Of a DNA stretch of 32,000 bases, positions 1 to 9,182 are shown piece by piece; within the stretch, counting starts at the first letter, position 1; each line of letters opens with the position of its first letter. This DNA comes from Candidatus Saccharimonadota bacterium. Lineage in GTDB: Bacteria > Bacteroidota > Bacteroidia > Flavobacteriales > Blattabacteriaceae. The notes under the pieces were generated by a model. That model had not been told where the DNA came from. It saw only the letters and a list, made by a program, of their open reading frames with translations, and made no database searches. Position numbers and translations under genes: made by a program. Where the stretch lies: assembly GCF_014251775.1 (NCBI RefSeq), contig NZ_CP059199.1, positions 529,717 through 561,716 on the forward strand, in the 5' to 3' direction.

Positions 1-3000
1 TCATCTATCAATAAATTAGATTTAAATAAAAAAGAAATTATATTTCTATTTATGTTATAAATCCTTTCTTCAAATAAATCAAAAGCATTTTGTTTGTATA
101 CAATTAGAGGATCTTTTTGTTCAAAAACTGCATTTTGAACTGAGAATCGTAAATTCTCCATTTCTTTCAAATGATCTTTCCAATTATTATCTAAAAAAAA
201 TAATATAACTTTTTTTTCAAAAACGGAAAATATTGATTTACTTTTATCCTTATAAATTTCTTTTACATTATAAATACAACTTATATCTTTATTTCCATCG
301 GAAAAAGTTATTCTTAACTGAGATAATTGTAATTTCTTATTAAGATCATAATTTATAATTGGATCTATATATTTATAAAATAAATCTTTTTTTTTTTTAT
401 TATAATATTTTATTAAAAAATCATGATATTTTTTAATATAATTAATTTCATTAGATAAACGAAATACTTTTTTATGAATGGAAAATTCGAATCCAAAAAT
501 TTGGTATAATTCAAATTCTAAATTTTTAGAATCTTTTAAAGAATACTTATTTTTTAAATTATTAAAGGAAATTATCAATTTTAATAATGAATATATCATA
601 TTAGATATATCTAATGTTAACATTCTTCCATATAATGCATTTCTTCTTTTTTTATAAATAAACTCTCTTTGTTTATTAATAACATCATCATAATCTAATA
701 AACGTTTTCTAATAAAAAAATTATTATCTTCAATTTTTTTCTGAGCATTCTCAATGGATTTTGTTAATAAAGGATGTTGTATTACATCACCTACCTTATG
801 TCCAAATTTATCCATTAAATTAGATAATTTTTCCGAATCAAAAAATAAACGTATTAAACTATCTTCTAAAGAAATATAAAATTGACTAGTTCCGGGATCA
901 CCTTGTCTTCCTGATCGTCCTCTTAATTGATTATCTACTCTTCTTGAATCATGCCTTTCTGTTCCTAATACTGCTAATCCACCATTATTTATTACCTCTT
1001 TTGATAATTTTATATCTGTACCTCTACCCGCCATATTAGTAGCAATTGTTACAGCTCCTGATAATCCAGCTTTTCCTATAATTTCAGCCTCTTTTTCATG
1101 CAATTTGGCATTTAATACATTATGAGAAATTTTTCTAAATTTTAGAGTTCTGCTTAATAATTCTGAAATTTCAACTGAAGTAGTACCTACAAGAACTGGA
1201 CGATTTTCATTCTTAGATAAAGAAATAATTTTTTCAATAATAAAATTATATTTTTCTCTCTTTGTTTTTAAAACAACATCTTGTAAATCTATTCTTTTTA
1301 AAGGTTTATGAGTTGGAACTACTACTACGTCTAATTTATATAAATACCAAAATTCTCCAGACTCTGTTTCTGCAGTTCCAGTCATTCCTGATATTTTTTT
1401 ATACATCCTAAAATAATTTTGCAAAGTTATAGTAGCAAAAATTTGACTAGAACTTTCTATAGGTACATTTTCTTTAGCTTCTATAGCTTGATGTAATCCA
1501 TCAGAATATCGTCTACCCTCTAACATTCTACCGGTTTGTTCATCTACGATTTTTATACAATTATTTAAAACAACATAATCTATATCTTTTTCAAATAAAG
1601 TATATGCTTTTAAAAGTTGATTAATAGTATGAATTTTTTGCGATTTAAAAGAAAAATTATTTAATAATTTTTCTTTTTCTTTGATTTCATATTCTTTCGG
1701 TAATCTTCTTTTTTCTATTTCTAATAATTCTAAATTTAGATCAGGAAAAATAAAAAATTTTTCATCTTCCATTTCTATAGATAGAAATTCAATTCCTTTA
1801 TCTGTTAATTCTACAGTATTATTTTTTTCATCAATTACGAAATATAAATCTTTATCTACTTGAGATATATCTCTTCCATAATCTTGGATATACTGAATTT
1901 CAATATTTTGTAAAATAGATCGTATATTTTTTTGACTCAAAAACTTAATTAATGATTTCTTTTTAGGTAAACCACGATAAGCTTGAAATAATTTTAATCC
2001 TCCTATTTCATTTTCTCCTTTTTCTATTAAATTTTTAGATTGTTGTAAAAAATAGTTTACTATTAAATTCTGTTTTTCTACCATTATCTTTACTTTTTTT
2101 TGAAAAAAAGTAAATTCTTTTTTATTATCTTTTAATGATTTAACACGACCTGATATTATTAATGGAGTTCTTGCTTCATCTATTAATACAGAATCTATTT
2201 CATCTATGATAGCGTAATTCAATTCTCTTTGAACTAATTCATTTTTATCATTAGCCATATTATCTCTGAGATAATCAAATCCAAATTCATTATTAGTACC
2301 ATAAGTAATATCTGCCAAATAAGCTCTTTTACGCCTTTTTATATCAGTAGATAAATAATTATCAATACAATCTACTTTTAATCCATGAAACTCCATTAAT
2401 GGGGCCATCCATTGAGCATCTCTTTTAGATAAATAGTTATTTACAGTTACAATATGGACACCTTTTCCTGATAAAGCATTTAAATAAGCAGATAAAGTAG
2501 CAACTAATGTTTTTCCTTCGCCAGTAGCCATTTCCGCTATTTTTCCTTGGTGTAAAATTACTCCTCCAATTAATTGGACATCATAATGCACCATATTCCA
2601 AACTATATTTTTACCATGAATTATCCATTTATTTTTCCAAACTGCTTTATCTCCATCTAAATAAACATATGATCTTCTTTTTGAAAGATCATTATCAAAC
2701 GAAACGGCTTTAACTATAAGTTGTTTATTTTCTTTAAATCTTCTAGCAGTTTCTTTAATAATTGCAAAAGATTTTGGTAAAATATCTAGTAAAATTTTTT
2801 GTTCTGTTTGATATATCTCTTTTGAGAATTTTTCATTATAATAATAAATTTCCTTAAAAAAAGGAACAGAATAAAAATCTTTTTTTTTCTTATAAAAGAA
2901 ATCCTTTCTTTTTTTAGAAAACTCTTCAATAGATTTTTTTACAAAATCTTTTAATAAAAATGTTTCATTTCTTAAATTATCATCAGATAATAAACGAATA

Positions 3001-3107
3001 GATTTAGATATTTTTTTTATTTTATCTAAAAAAGATCTGATTTTAATCAGATCTTTTTCATTTTTATTTAAAAAAAATTTATTTAATAATTTTTTAAAAA
3101 AATTCAT
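1..3107 (-). CDS. secA: Preprotein translocase ATPase SecA (C-terminal end runs off the left window edge)
   Basis: Absent from the ORF track because no stop codon lies inside the window. Hand translation of the reverse strand from the ATG at 3107-3105 gives MNFFKKLLNKFF...HQGKIAEMATGEGKTLVATLSAYLNALSGKGVHIVTVNNYLSKRDAQWM...YGTNNEFGFDYLRDNM...AIIDEIDSVLIDEARTPLIISG, then QLRGRSGRQGDPGTSQFYISLEDSLIRLF from 929. The codon phase at 929 agrees with the ATG at 3107 (difference 2178, divisible by 3). I read the frame open from 929 down to position 1. Confidence 0.93.
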   Translation of the reverse strand, partial: MNFFKKLLNKFFLNKNEKDLIKIRSFLDKIKKISKSIRLLSDDNLRNETFLLKDFVKKSIEEFSKKRKDFFYKKKKDFYSVPFFKEIYYYNEKFSKEIYQTEQKILLDILPKSFAIIKETARRFKENKQLIVKAVSFDNDLSKRRSYVYLDGDKAVWKNKWIIHGKNIVWNMVHYDVQLIGGVILHQGKIAEMATGEGKTLVATLSAYLNALSGKGVHIVTVNNYLSKRDAQWMAPLMEFHGLKVDCIDNYLSTDIKRRKRAYLADITYGTNNEFGFDYLRDNMANDKNELVQRELNYAIIDEIDSVLIDEARTPLIISGRVKSLKDNKKEFTFFQKKVKIMVEKQNLIVNYFLQQSKNLIEKGENEIGGLKLFQAYRGLPKKKSLIKFLSQKNIRSILQNIEIQYIQDYGRDISQVDKDLYFVIDEKNNTVELTDKGIEFLSIEMEDEKFFIFPDLNLELLEIEKRRLPKEYEIKEKEKLLNNFSFKSQKIHTINQLLKAYTLFEKDIDYVVLNNCIKIVDEQTGRMLEGRRYSDGLHQAIEAKENVPIESSSQIFATITLQNYFRMYKKISGMTGTAETESGEFWYLYKLDVVVVPTHKPLKRIDLQDVVLKTKREKYNFIIEKIISLSKNENRPVLVGTTSVEISELLSRTLKFRKISHNVLNAKLHEKEAEIIGKAGLSGAVTIATNMAGRGTDIKLSKEVINNGGLAVLGTERHDSRRVDNQLRGRSGRQGDPGTSQFYISLEDSLIRLFFDSEKLSNLMDKFGHKVGDVIQHPLLTKSIENAQKKIEDNNFFIRKRLLDYDDVINKQREFIYKKRRNALYGRMLTLDISNMIYSLLKLIISFNNLKNKYSLKDSKNLEFELYQIFGFEFSIHKKVFRLSNEINYIKKYHDFLIKYYNKKKKDLFYKYIDPIINYDLNKKLQLSQLRITFSDGNKDISCIYNVKEIYKDKSKSIFSVFEKKVILFFLDNNWKDHLKEMENLRFSVQNAVFEQKDPLIVYKQNAFDLFEERIYNINRNIISFLFKSNLLID

Positions 3108-3162
3108 TAAATTTCTACAAGCTAAGTATAAAAATAATTCATATTCATTTTCATTTAATTAA

Positions 3163-3396
3163 TTAAATTTCATATTCATCTCTATTCCAATAAAAGTCTT
3201 CATCATCCCTTGGATAATCTGCCCATATGTCTTCTATTGATTCAAAAACCTCCCCATCACCATTTTCTAATTGTTGTAGATTTTCTACTACTTCTAAAGG
3301 GGCACCAGTACGAATAGCAAAATCAATTAGTTCTTCTTTTGTAGCTGGCCATGGGGCATCCTCTAAATGAGAGGCTAATTCTAAAGTCCAATACAT
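3163..3396 (-). CDS. Small acidic DUF2795-family protein, function unknown
   Basis: 77-aa ORF. The N-terminal stretch YWTLELASHLEDAPWPATKEELIDFAIRTGAPLEVVENL matches my memory of the DUF2795 family conserved in Bacteroidota. The C-terminus is Asp/Glu-rich. GC is about 35 percent by hand count, far above the neighbouring genes. It ends 55 nt upstream of secA on the same strand. Confidence 0.8.
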   Translation of the reverse strand: MYWTLELASHLEDAPWPATKEELIDFAIRTGAPLEVVENLQQLENGDGEVFESIEDIWADYPRDDEDFYWNRDEYEI

Positions 3397-3502
3397 AAAT
3401 AATTACAATGTTTTAAAAATAATGAAAGTAACATCTCATTTTATATACGAACCTTTTCATAAAATTACAATATAAAAATAGTGAATTTAAATTACAAATA
3501 AT

Positions 3503-4465
3503 ATGAAAAAATTTCTAAAAATTGTTTTTATAGGATCAAATAGTTTTTCTTTATTCCCATTAATAGAATTATATATTAAAAGATACAATATTATAGGAAT
3601 AATAACTAATCCAGATAATAATTTTAATAAAAATAAATCTTATTCTATTATAAAACAATATGCACTAAAAAAAAATATTCCTTTTCTACAACCTAAAAAT
3701 TTTTTAGATCCTTTTTTTTTAGAAAAATTAAAAAAATGGAATTCAGATATACAAATAGTTGTTTCTTTTAAAATTTTGCCAAAAGAAATATGGAATCTTC
3801 CAAAATTAGGAACTATAAATTTACATCCATCTTTATTACCCCAATATAGAGGTGCAGCACCTATTAATTGGGCCATTATAAATGGAGAAAAAAAAACAGG
3901 ATTAACTGTTTTTTTTATAGAAAAAAAAATAGATTCCGGAAAAATAATTATCCAAAAAGAAGTAGAAATAAAAAAATTTGAAACAGCAGGACAATTAGAA
4001 AAAAGATTAAGAAAACTTAGTGGAACTATCATTATAGATAGTATAAATAAAATTCTAAATAGAAACAATTCAAAATATATTATTCAAAATAGTATAAAAA
4101 ATGATATAATAAAATATGCACCTAAAATATTTTCAAAAGATTGTAAAATATTATGGAATCAATCTATAGATGATATTTATAATAAAATAAGAGGATTAAG
4201 TCCAAGACCTACTGCATGGACATTATTACATTTCGATATAAAAAAAATTGTAAGATTAAAAATTTTTTTAGTTAAAAAAAAAATAAAAAATCATTCTTAT
4301 CCAATAGGATTGGTATTAATTAATTTAAAAAAAAAAGAAATGTATATTTCAGTTAAAAAAGGATTTATAAATATTATAAAATGTCAAATAGAGGGTAAAA
4401 AAAAAATGAATGTAAAAAATTTTATTAATGGTATAAAAAAAATAAAAAATCTATTTGTTAGATAA
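3503..4465 (+). CDS. fmt: Methionyl-tRNA formyltransferase
   Basis: 320 aa. Carries the formyltransferase core motif INLHPSLLPQYRGAAPINWAIINGEKKTG. Length and two-domain layout are typical of Fmt. Confidence 0.9.
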   Translation: MKKFLKIVFIGSNSFSLFPLIELYIKRYNIIGIITNPDNNFNKNKSYSIIKQYALKKNIPFLQPKNFLDPFFLEKLKKWNSDIQIVVSFKILPKEIWNLPKLGTINLHPSLLPQYRGAAPINWAIINGEKKTGLTVFFIEKKIDSGKIIIQKEVEIKKFETAGQLEKRLRKLSGTIIIDSINKILNRNNSKYIIQNSIKNDIIKYAPKIFSKDCKILWNQSIDDIYNKIRGLSPRPTAWTLLHFDIKKIVRLKIFLVKKKIKNHSYPIGLVLINLKKKEMYISVKKGFINIIKCQIEGKKKMNVKNFINGIKKIKNLFVR

Positions 4466-4470
4466 TTAAT

Positions 4471-4478
4471 TATATTTG
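4471..4478 (+). promoter_or_regulatory. Candidate Bacteroidota -7 promoter box (TATATTTG, matches TAnnTTTG) upstream of the HU gene
   Basis: An exact match to the published Bacteroidetes -7 consensus TAnnTTTG lies 36 nt upstream of the HU ATG. A TTTG at 4454-4457 leaves only a 13-nt gap, which I believe is too close for a canonical -33 element. Chance matches to this motif are plausible in DNA this AT-rich. Confidence 0.3.
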
Positions 4479-4513
4479 TCTATTGTCTTGTTAATTAATT
4501 AAAAATAATATGT

Positions 4514-4780
4514 ATGAATAAAACCGAATTAATTAATTCAATAGCTGAAAAAACTGGAATAACAAAAATAAAAGCAAAAAATTTTACAGATGCATTTATT
4601 CAAACAGTCATTGAATCTCTAAAAAAAGGTGATAAAGTATCATTAGTAGGATTTGGAACATTTTCCGTGGTAGAAAGAAATCCTAGAAATGGAATTAATC
4701 CTAAAACAGGAAAAAAAATATATATTCCAAGAAAAAAAGTAGCTAAATTTAAAATAGGAACAGAGTTAACAAAATTATAA
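4514..4780 (+). CDS. hup: HU-family nucleoid-associated DNA-binding protein
   Basis: 88 aa. MNKTELINSIAEKTG...VSLVGFGTFSVVERNPRNGINPKTGKKIYIPRKKVAKFK shows the HU/IHF fold signature, including the beta-arm RNP...NP..G motif. Confidence 0.9.
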   Translation: MNKTELINSIAEKTGITKIKAKNFTDAFIQTVIESLKKGDKVSLVGFGTFSVVERNPRNGINPKTGKKIYIPRKKVAKFKIGTELTKL

Positions 4781-4801
4781 AAATTATCACTATAAATAAA
4801 T

Positions 4802-5458
4802 TTAAGGAGATAACTGTTTTACTATCCAAATTTTATCTTCTTTTAACTGATAAACCAATCGGTTATGCAATCGATTGGGTTGTCCTTGCCAAAATTCAAT
4901 CTTATATGGACTAACTATATATCCCCCCCAATAAAATGGCCTTGTTATTTTTTTATTTTTAAAAAAAAAACTCCATTTTTTATATTTTTTTTCTAAAAAA
5001 TCTTTATTAAGAATAAAAGTACTCTGTCTAGAAGACCAACTACTAAGTTGGTTTTCTATTGGTCTTTTATCAAAATATTCGTTAGATTTTTTTATTTTTA
5101 ATTTAGATGTTACTCCTTTAATAATTATTTGTCTATCTGTTCTATTCCAAAAGAATGATAGACATACTTTTGGAAAATTTTTAATTGAAATTCCTTTAGA
5201 ACTTAAATAATTTGTATAGAAAATAAAGCCATTTTTAGAATATTCTTTCAACAAAACTATTCTAGTTTCTGGTCCTCCATCTTTTCCTATAGTAGAAAGA
5301 GACATTGCATTAACTTCTTGATTTATATTATTTTTTTTTTGAATTAAAATCTCATTTTGAAACCAATCATCAAATAAATAAAATGGATTATCAGGAATTT
5401 TATTAAATACATTTCTTTTTTTGTAATTTTTCCTTAACCTACTTAAATCAGTAATCAT
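4802..5458 (-). CDS. pdxH: Pyridoxamine 5'-phosphate oxidase
   Basis: 218 aa. RIVLLKEYSKNGFIFYTNYLSSKG and the C-terminal IEFWQGQPNRLHNRLVY are classic PdxH signatures. Confidence 0.9.
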   Translation of the reverse strand: MITDLSRLRKNYKKRNVFNKIPDNPFYLFDDWFQNEILIQKKNNINQEVNAMSLSTIGKDGGPETRIVLLKEYSKNGFIFYTNYLSSKGISIKNFPKVCLSFFWNRTDRQIIIKGVTSKLKIKKSNEYFDKRPIENQLSSWSSRQSTFILNKDFLEKKYKKWSFFFKNKKITRPFYWGGYIVSPYKIEFWQGQPNRLHNRLVYQLKEDKIWIVKQLSP

Positions 5459-5536
5459 ACATAAATAAAAAAATTATACTAAATTTAAATAATAGTTTTA
5501 AAAATTAAAAAATACATATCCATTTAATTTAATTAT

Positions 5537-5611
5537 GGCGTGATAGCTCAGATAGGTTAGAGCGTTGGATTCATAACCCAGAGGTCGGGGGTTCAACTCC
5601 CCCTCACGCTA
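5537..5611 (+). tRNA. tRNA-Met (anticodon CAT), elongator type
   Basis: Hand fold: acceptor GGCGTGA/TCACGCT (G1-U72 wobble), D stem GCTC/GAGC, anticodon loop TTCATAA, T arm GGGGG-TTCAACT-CCCCC, discriminator A, no encoded CCA. The AGGTCGGGGGTTC segment and the G1-U72 pair resemble elongator tRNA-Met of other bacteria as I recall them. Position 31-39 is an A-C mismatch. Confidence 0.85.
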
Positions 5612-5656
5612 TTTTTTTTTAATTATAATAATAGTTAAAGTAGTAAAATAAATAAT

Positions 5657-7747
5657 ATGAAAATATCATTTAATTGGATTAAAGAATATATATCTTTTAC
5701 TAATATTAATATTGACGAAAATCAAATATCTGAAATATTAACAGATATTGGAATGAACGTAAAAAATACCTATGTAAATTCTAATACAAAAGATTTTATT
5801 TTCGAAATAGAAATAATTCCTAATAGAAATGATATTATAAGTCATTATGGAATAGCAAAAGATTTATATGCAGCATTAATATTTAGAGGATATAATGTTT
5901 TTTTAAAAAAATTAAACATAAATAAACCTAAAAAATATTCTGAAAATAAAATATCTATTATTTTAAAAGATGATCACAAAAGATGTATAAGATATTCTGG
6001 AATGTCTATTTTTCAAATAAAAATAGATACTTCCCCTAGTTGGTTAATATCTAAATTAAATTCTTTAGGAATAAAAAGTGTTAATAATATAGTAGATATT
6101 ATAAATTTTGTGATTTATGAATTAGGAATTCCTTTTCATCTATTTAATTTAGATAAAATAGATGGGAAAAAAATTTTTATAAAAAATTTAGATCGAAAAA
6201 ATAAATTTTTATCTATTCCTAATAATATTAATAAATTATATAACAACGATTTAATAATATATGATAATAAAAATATATTATCTTTATCAGGAATAATAAA
6301 TAATAATAAATACGAAATTATCAATCAAGATATTAAAAATATTTTTATCGGATGTATTTCTTTAAATTCAACGTATGTAAAAATTTTTAAAAAAAAATAT
6401 TCAATCTCTTCTTCTGATCATCCACTTTTTCTTTTAGAAAAAGGAATAGATCCTAATAAAATAATATTTGCATTACATAGGTTATATTACCTTATAAAAA
6501 ATTTTTTGAATAAAAATATTACTGTATCTAAAATAATAGATATTTATCCTTATCCAATTAATCAACTGACTTTAAAGTTAAATTATAATAATATTACAAA
6601 TATTATCGGAGAAAAAATTCAAGAAAAAAATATAAAAAAAATATTATTATTATTAGATATACATATAATTAAAGAATATAAAAATTACATATTAGTTTCT
6701 ATTCCAACTAGTAGAACAGATATTAAAAGAGAAATTGATTTAATAGAAGAAATATTACGAATTTATGGAATAAATAATATTAAAATAAATGATAAAATTA
6801 ATATTGTTTTAGCTCCTAAAATTTACTATCAAGAAGAATATAAAATTCAACAGTTGATATCAGAACAATTAATTAATTATGGATTTCAAGAAATTATATC
6901 TTCAACAATAAGAAATTATAATAAAAAAGAATTATTGATAAATTCTTTTTTCAAAAGAGAAAAAATTTCTATTATTAATTCCGACAATAATAAAATAATG
7001 CGTAATAATTTATTGTTCGGAATTATAGACTGTATCAATTATAATTATAATCATAATAGAATAAATATAAAAGATAATATAAAAATATTCGAAATAGGAA
7101 AAATATATTATAAAAAAAATGGATTTTTTTTAGAAAAAACATATTTAGGAATATCTATATCAAAAATCAATATAAAAAATAATCAATCAAATATTTTATA
7201 CTTTTTATATTTTAAAGGAATTATTGAGCAAATACTTCAAAAAATGGGAATTAATAATTATATACAATATATTTGTGATAATCCTTTATTAGAAAATAAT
7301 ATATCTTTTCTTTATAAAAAAAAAGAATTAGTGTCTCTTGGAAAAGTCAAAAAAAATTATAGTAAAAATCATAAAATATTTTATGCTCAATTAAATTGGA
7401 ATTATTTAATTCATATTATTCAAAAAAATAAATTTATATATCATCCATTATCTAAATATCCTATTTCAAGAAGGGATTTATCCTTTTTAATAAATAAAAA
7501 TATTACATTTGAAGAATTAAATCAATCAATAAATAATCAAAAAAATAATTTAATTAAAGAATATAGAATATATGATATATATGAGGATAAAATTTTTTTA
7601 GAAAAAAAATCTTATACTGTTAGTTTTTTTTTTGAGAGTAGTAATAAAACATTAAAAAATGAAATTATCAATCATTCAATGAATTTAATTGAAAATTTTT
7701 TGGAAAAAAAATTTAATGCTATAATAAGAAAAAATGTTAATTATTAG
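5657..7747 (+). CDS. pheT: Phenylalanyl-tRNA synthetase beta subunit, short form lacking the N-terminal tRNA-binding domain
   Basis: 696 aa. Has the typical PheT N-terminus MKISFNWIKEYI and the IIPNRNDIISHYGIAKDL motif (E. coli TPNRADCLGIIGVARDV). The B3/B4 region reads RYSGMSIFQIKIDTSPSWLISKLNSLGIKSVNNIVDIINFVIYELGIPFHLFNLDKI. The C-terminal region SKYPISRRDLSFLI matches E. coli SRFPANRRDIAVVV. Confidence 0.9.
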   Translation: MKISFNWIKEYISFTNINIDENQISEILTDIGMNVKNTYVNSNTKDFIFEIEIIPNRNDIISHYGIAKDLYAALIFRGYNVFLKKLNINKPKKYSENKISIILKDDHKRCIRYSGMSIFQIKIDTSPSWLISKLNSLGIKSVNNIVDIINFVIYELGIPFHLFNLDKIDGKKIFIKNLDRKNKFLSIPNNINKLYNNDLIIYDNKNILSLSGIINNNKYEIINQDIKNIFIGCISLNSTYVKIFKKKYSISSSDHPLFLLEKGIDPNKIIFALHRLYYLIKNFLNKNITVSKIIDIYPYPINQLTLKLNYNNITNIIGEKIQEKNIKKILLLLDIHIIKEYKNYILVSIPTSRTDIKREIDLIEEILRIYGINNIKINDKINIVLAPKIYYQEEYKIQQLISEQLINYGFQEIISSTIRNYNKKELLINSFFKREKISIINSDNNKIMRNNLLFGIIDCINYNYNHNRINIKDNIKIFEIGKIYYKKNGFFLEKTYLGISISKINIKNNQSNILYFLYFKGIIEQILQKMGINNYIQYICDNPLLENNISFLYKKKELVSLGKVKKNYSKNHKIFYAQLNWNYLIHIIQKNKFIYHPLSKYPISRRDLSFLINKNITFEELNQSINNQKNNLIKEYRIYDIYEDKIFLEKKSYTVSFFFESSNKTLKNEIINHSMNLIENFLEKKFNAIIRKNVNY

Positions 7748-9176
7748 ATATTCTATTTAAAATATTTTTTAATCCAGTTTCTTTTTCTATCAATTTAGAT
7801 ATTTCTTTTATATGTATTCTTTGTTGATTCATATTATCCCTATATCTTACTGTTACAGTATTTGTATTTTTAGTTAGATAATCTACAGTAAAACAAAGTG
7901 GAGTTCCTATAGCATCTTGTCTTCGATATAATTTACCTATAGTTCCTTTATTATCATAAATCATTGGATAATGAATTTTCATATTGTTAAATATATTTTT
8001 TGCAATATCAGGTATGCCATCTTTATTTACCAATGGTAGAATAGCAGCTTTTATTGGAGATAAGAAAGAAGGTAGTTTTAAAACTACTCTAGTTTTTCCA
8101 TTCTTTAGAATTTCTTTTTTTAAAGAAGAAAAAAGTATGGCAAGAAAAATTCTATCTAATCCTAAAGAAGTTTCTATCACATAAGGAATAATAGTTTTTC
8201 CATTTACTTCAGATATCCCTAATTTTTTTTTAGAAAAAAGTTCATGTTGTTTTATATCAAAATCTCTTCTGGAATGAATACCTTCTAATTCTTTAAATCC
8301 AAAAGGAAAATCAAATTCTATATCCATTCCGATACTAGCATAATGAGCCAAACTATCATGATTAAATAATTTATATTTTTCTTTCCCTAAGTTTAATTCA
8401 AAATGCCATTTTAAACGATAATTTTTCCAGTATTCATACCATAATTTTTCTTCTTCTTTTTTAGGATAAATAAAAAATTGTAATTCCATTTGTTCAAATT
8501 CTCTTAATCTGAACAAAAATTGTCTTGCTGTTATTTCGTTTCTAAACGATTTTCCTATTTGAGCAATTCCAAATGGAATTTTAAATCTATTTGTTATTCT
8601 AACATTTTGAAAATTACAAAAACTACCTTGTGCAGTTTCTGGACGTAAAAATAAATTTTTAAAATTTTTAATTTCAAACATCATATTAAAATACCGAATA
8701 TTTGTCCAATCTTTAGTTTTGGTTAATGGATCACATATATTTAACTCATCAATTATTTTTTTTATTCCTAATAAATCTTTTTTTTTCAAAAATTTTAATA
8801 AACGTGAAACAATCTTATTCCTTTCATCAGGATTTTTTTTGAAATATTTTTTTACATGATTCATAATTAATAAATCCGGACGATATCTTTTTTTAGATGT
8901 TTTATTATCGATTAATAATTCATTAAATTTACTAGCGTGTTTAGAAGCCTTCCATACGTTGGGATGCATTAATATAGAAGAATCCATTCCTACTATATTA
9001 TCATTAATTTGTACCATTGATTTCCACCAATATTCTTTGATATTATTTTTTAATTCGACTCCATATTGGCCATAATCAAAAATTGCATTTATTCCTCCAT
9101 AAATTTCACTAGAAGGAAAAATAAATCCATTATTTTTAGAATGAGATATTAAAAATTCCAATAATTTTTTTTTCAT
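7737..9176 (-). CDS. glyQS: Glycyl-tRNA synthetase, single-chain (dimeric) type
   Basis: 479 aa. N-terminus NGFIFPSSEIYGGINAIFDYGQYGVELKNNIKEYWWKSMV is the GlyQS signature. Class II core motifs FRNEITARQFLFRLREFEQMELQFF and GLDRIFLAIL are present. Confidence 0.9.
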   Translation of the reverse strand: MKKKLLEFLISHSKNNGFIFPSSEIYGGINAIFDYGQYGVELKNNIKEYWWKSMVQINDNIVGMDSSILMHPNVWKASKHASKFNELLIDNKTSKKRYRPDLLIMNHVKKYFKKNPDERNKIVSRLLKFLKKKDLLGIKKIIDELNICDPLTKTKDWTNIRYFNMMFEIKNFKNLFLRPETAQGSFCNFQNVRITNRFKIPFGIAQIGKSFRNEITARQFLFRLREFEQMELQFFIYPKKEEEKLWYEYWKNYRLKWHFELNLGKEKYKLFNHDSLAHYASIGMDIEFDFPFGFKELEGIHSRRDFDIKQHELFSKKKLGISEVNGKTIIPYVIETSLGLDRIFLAILFSSLKKEILKNGKTRVVLKLPSFLSPIKAAILPLVNKDGIPDIAKNIFNNMKIHYPMIYDNKGTIGKLYRRQDAIGTPLCFTVDYLTKNTNTVTVRYRDNMNQQRIHIKEISKLIEKETGLKNILNRISNN

Positions 9177-9182
9177 AGATTA

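Noticed and set aside
1681-1863. 60-aa plus-strand ORF from the track
   Set aside because: It lies entirely antisense to the well-supported secA reading frame. Its low-complexity Ser/Asn/Ile/Phe composition is typical of shadow ORFs in AT-rich DNA.
3401-3500. Motif AATTACAAT at 3401-3409 and 3463-3471, plus AATTACAAAT at 3490-3499, in the divergent spacer between the DUF2795/secA genes and fmt
   Set aside because: The matches are short, with only one non-A/T base. In a spacer of this composition, two 9-nt matches within about 100 nt are not clearly beyond chance. It is worth checking only if it proves conserved in related genomes.
3640-4068. 142-aa minus-strand ORF
   Set aside because: It is antisense to fmt, whose frame carries the formyltransferase motifs. 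The product is Phe/Ile-rich with no recognisable motif.
6136-6324. 62-aa minus-strand ORF inside pheT
   Set aside because: Shadow ORF antisense to pheT. The same reasoning applies to 7984-8184 (antisense to glyQS), 14262-14492 (antisense to sucD), 15722-15904 (antisense to lpxC/fabZ) and 25285-25515 (antisense to sufB).
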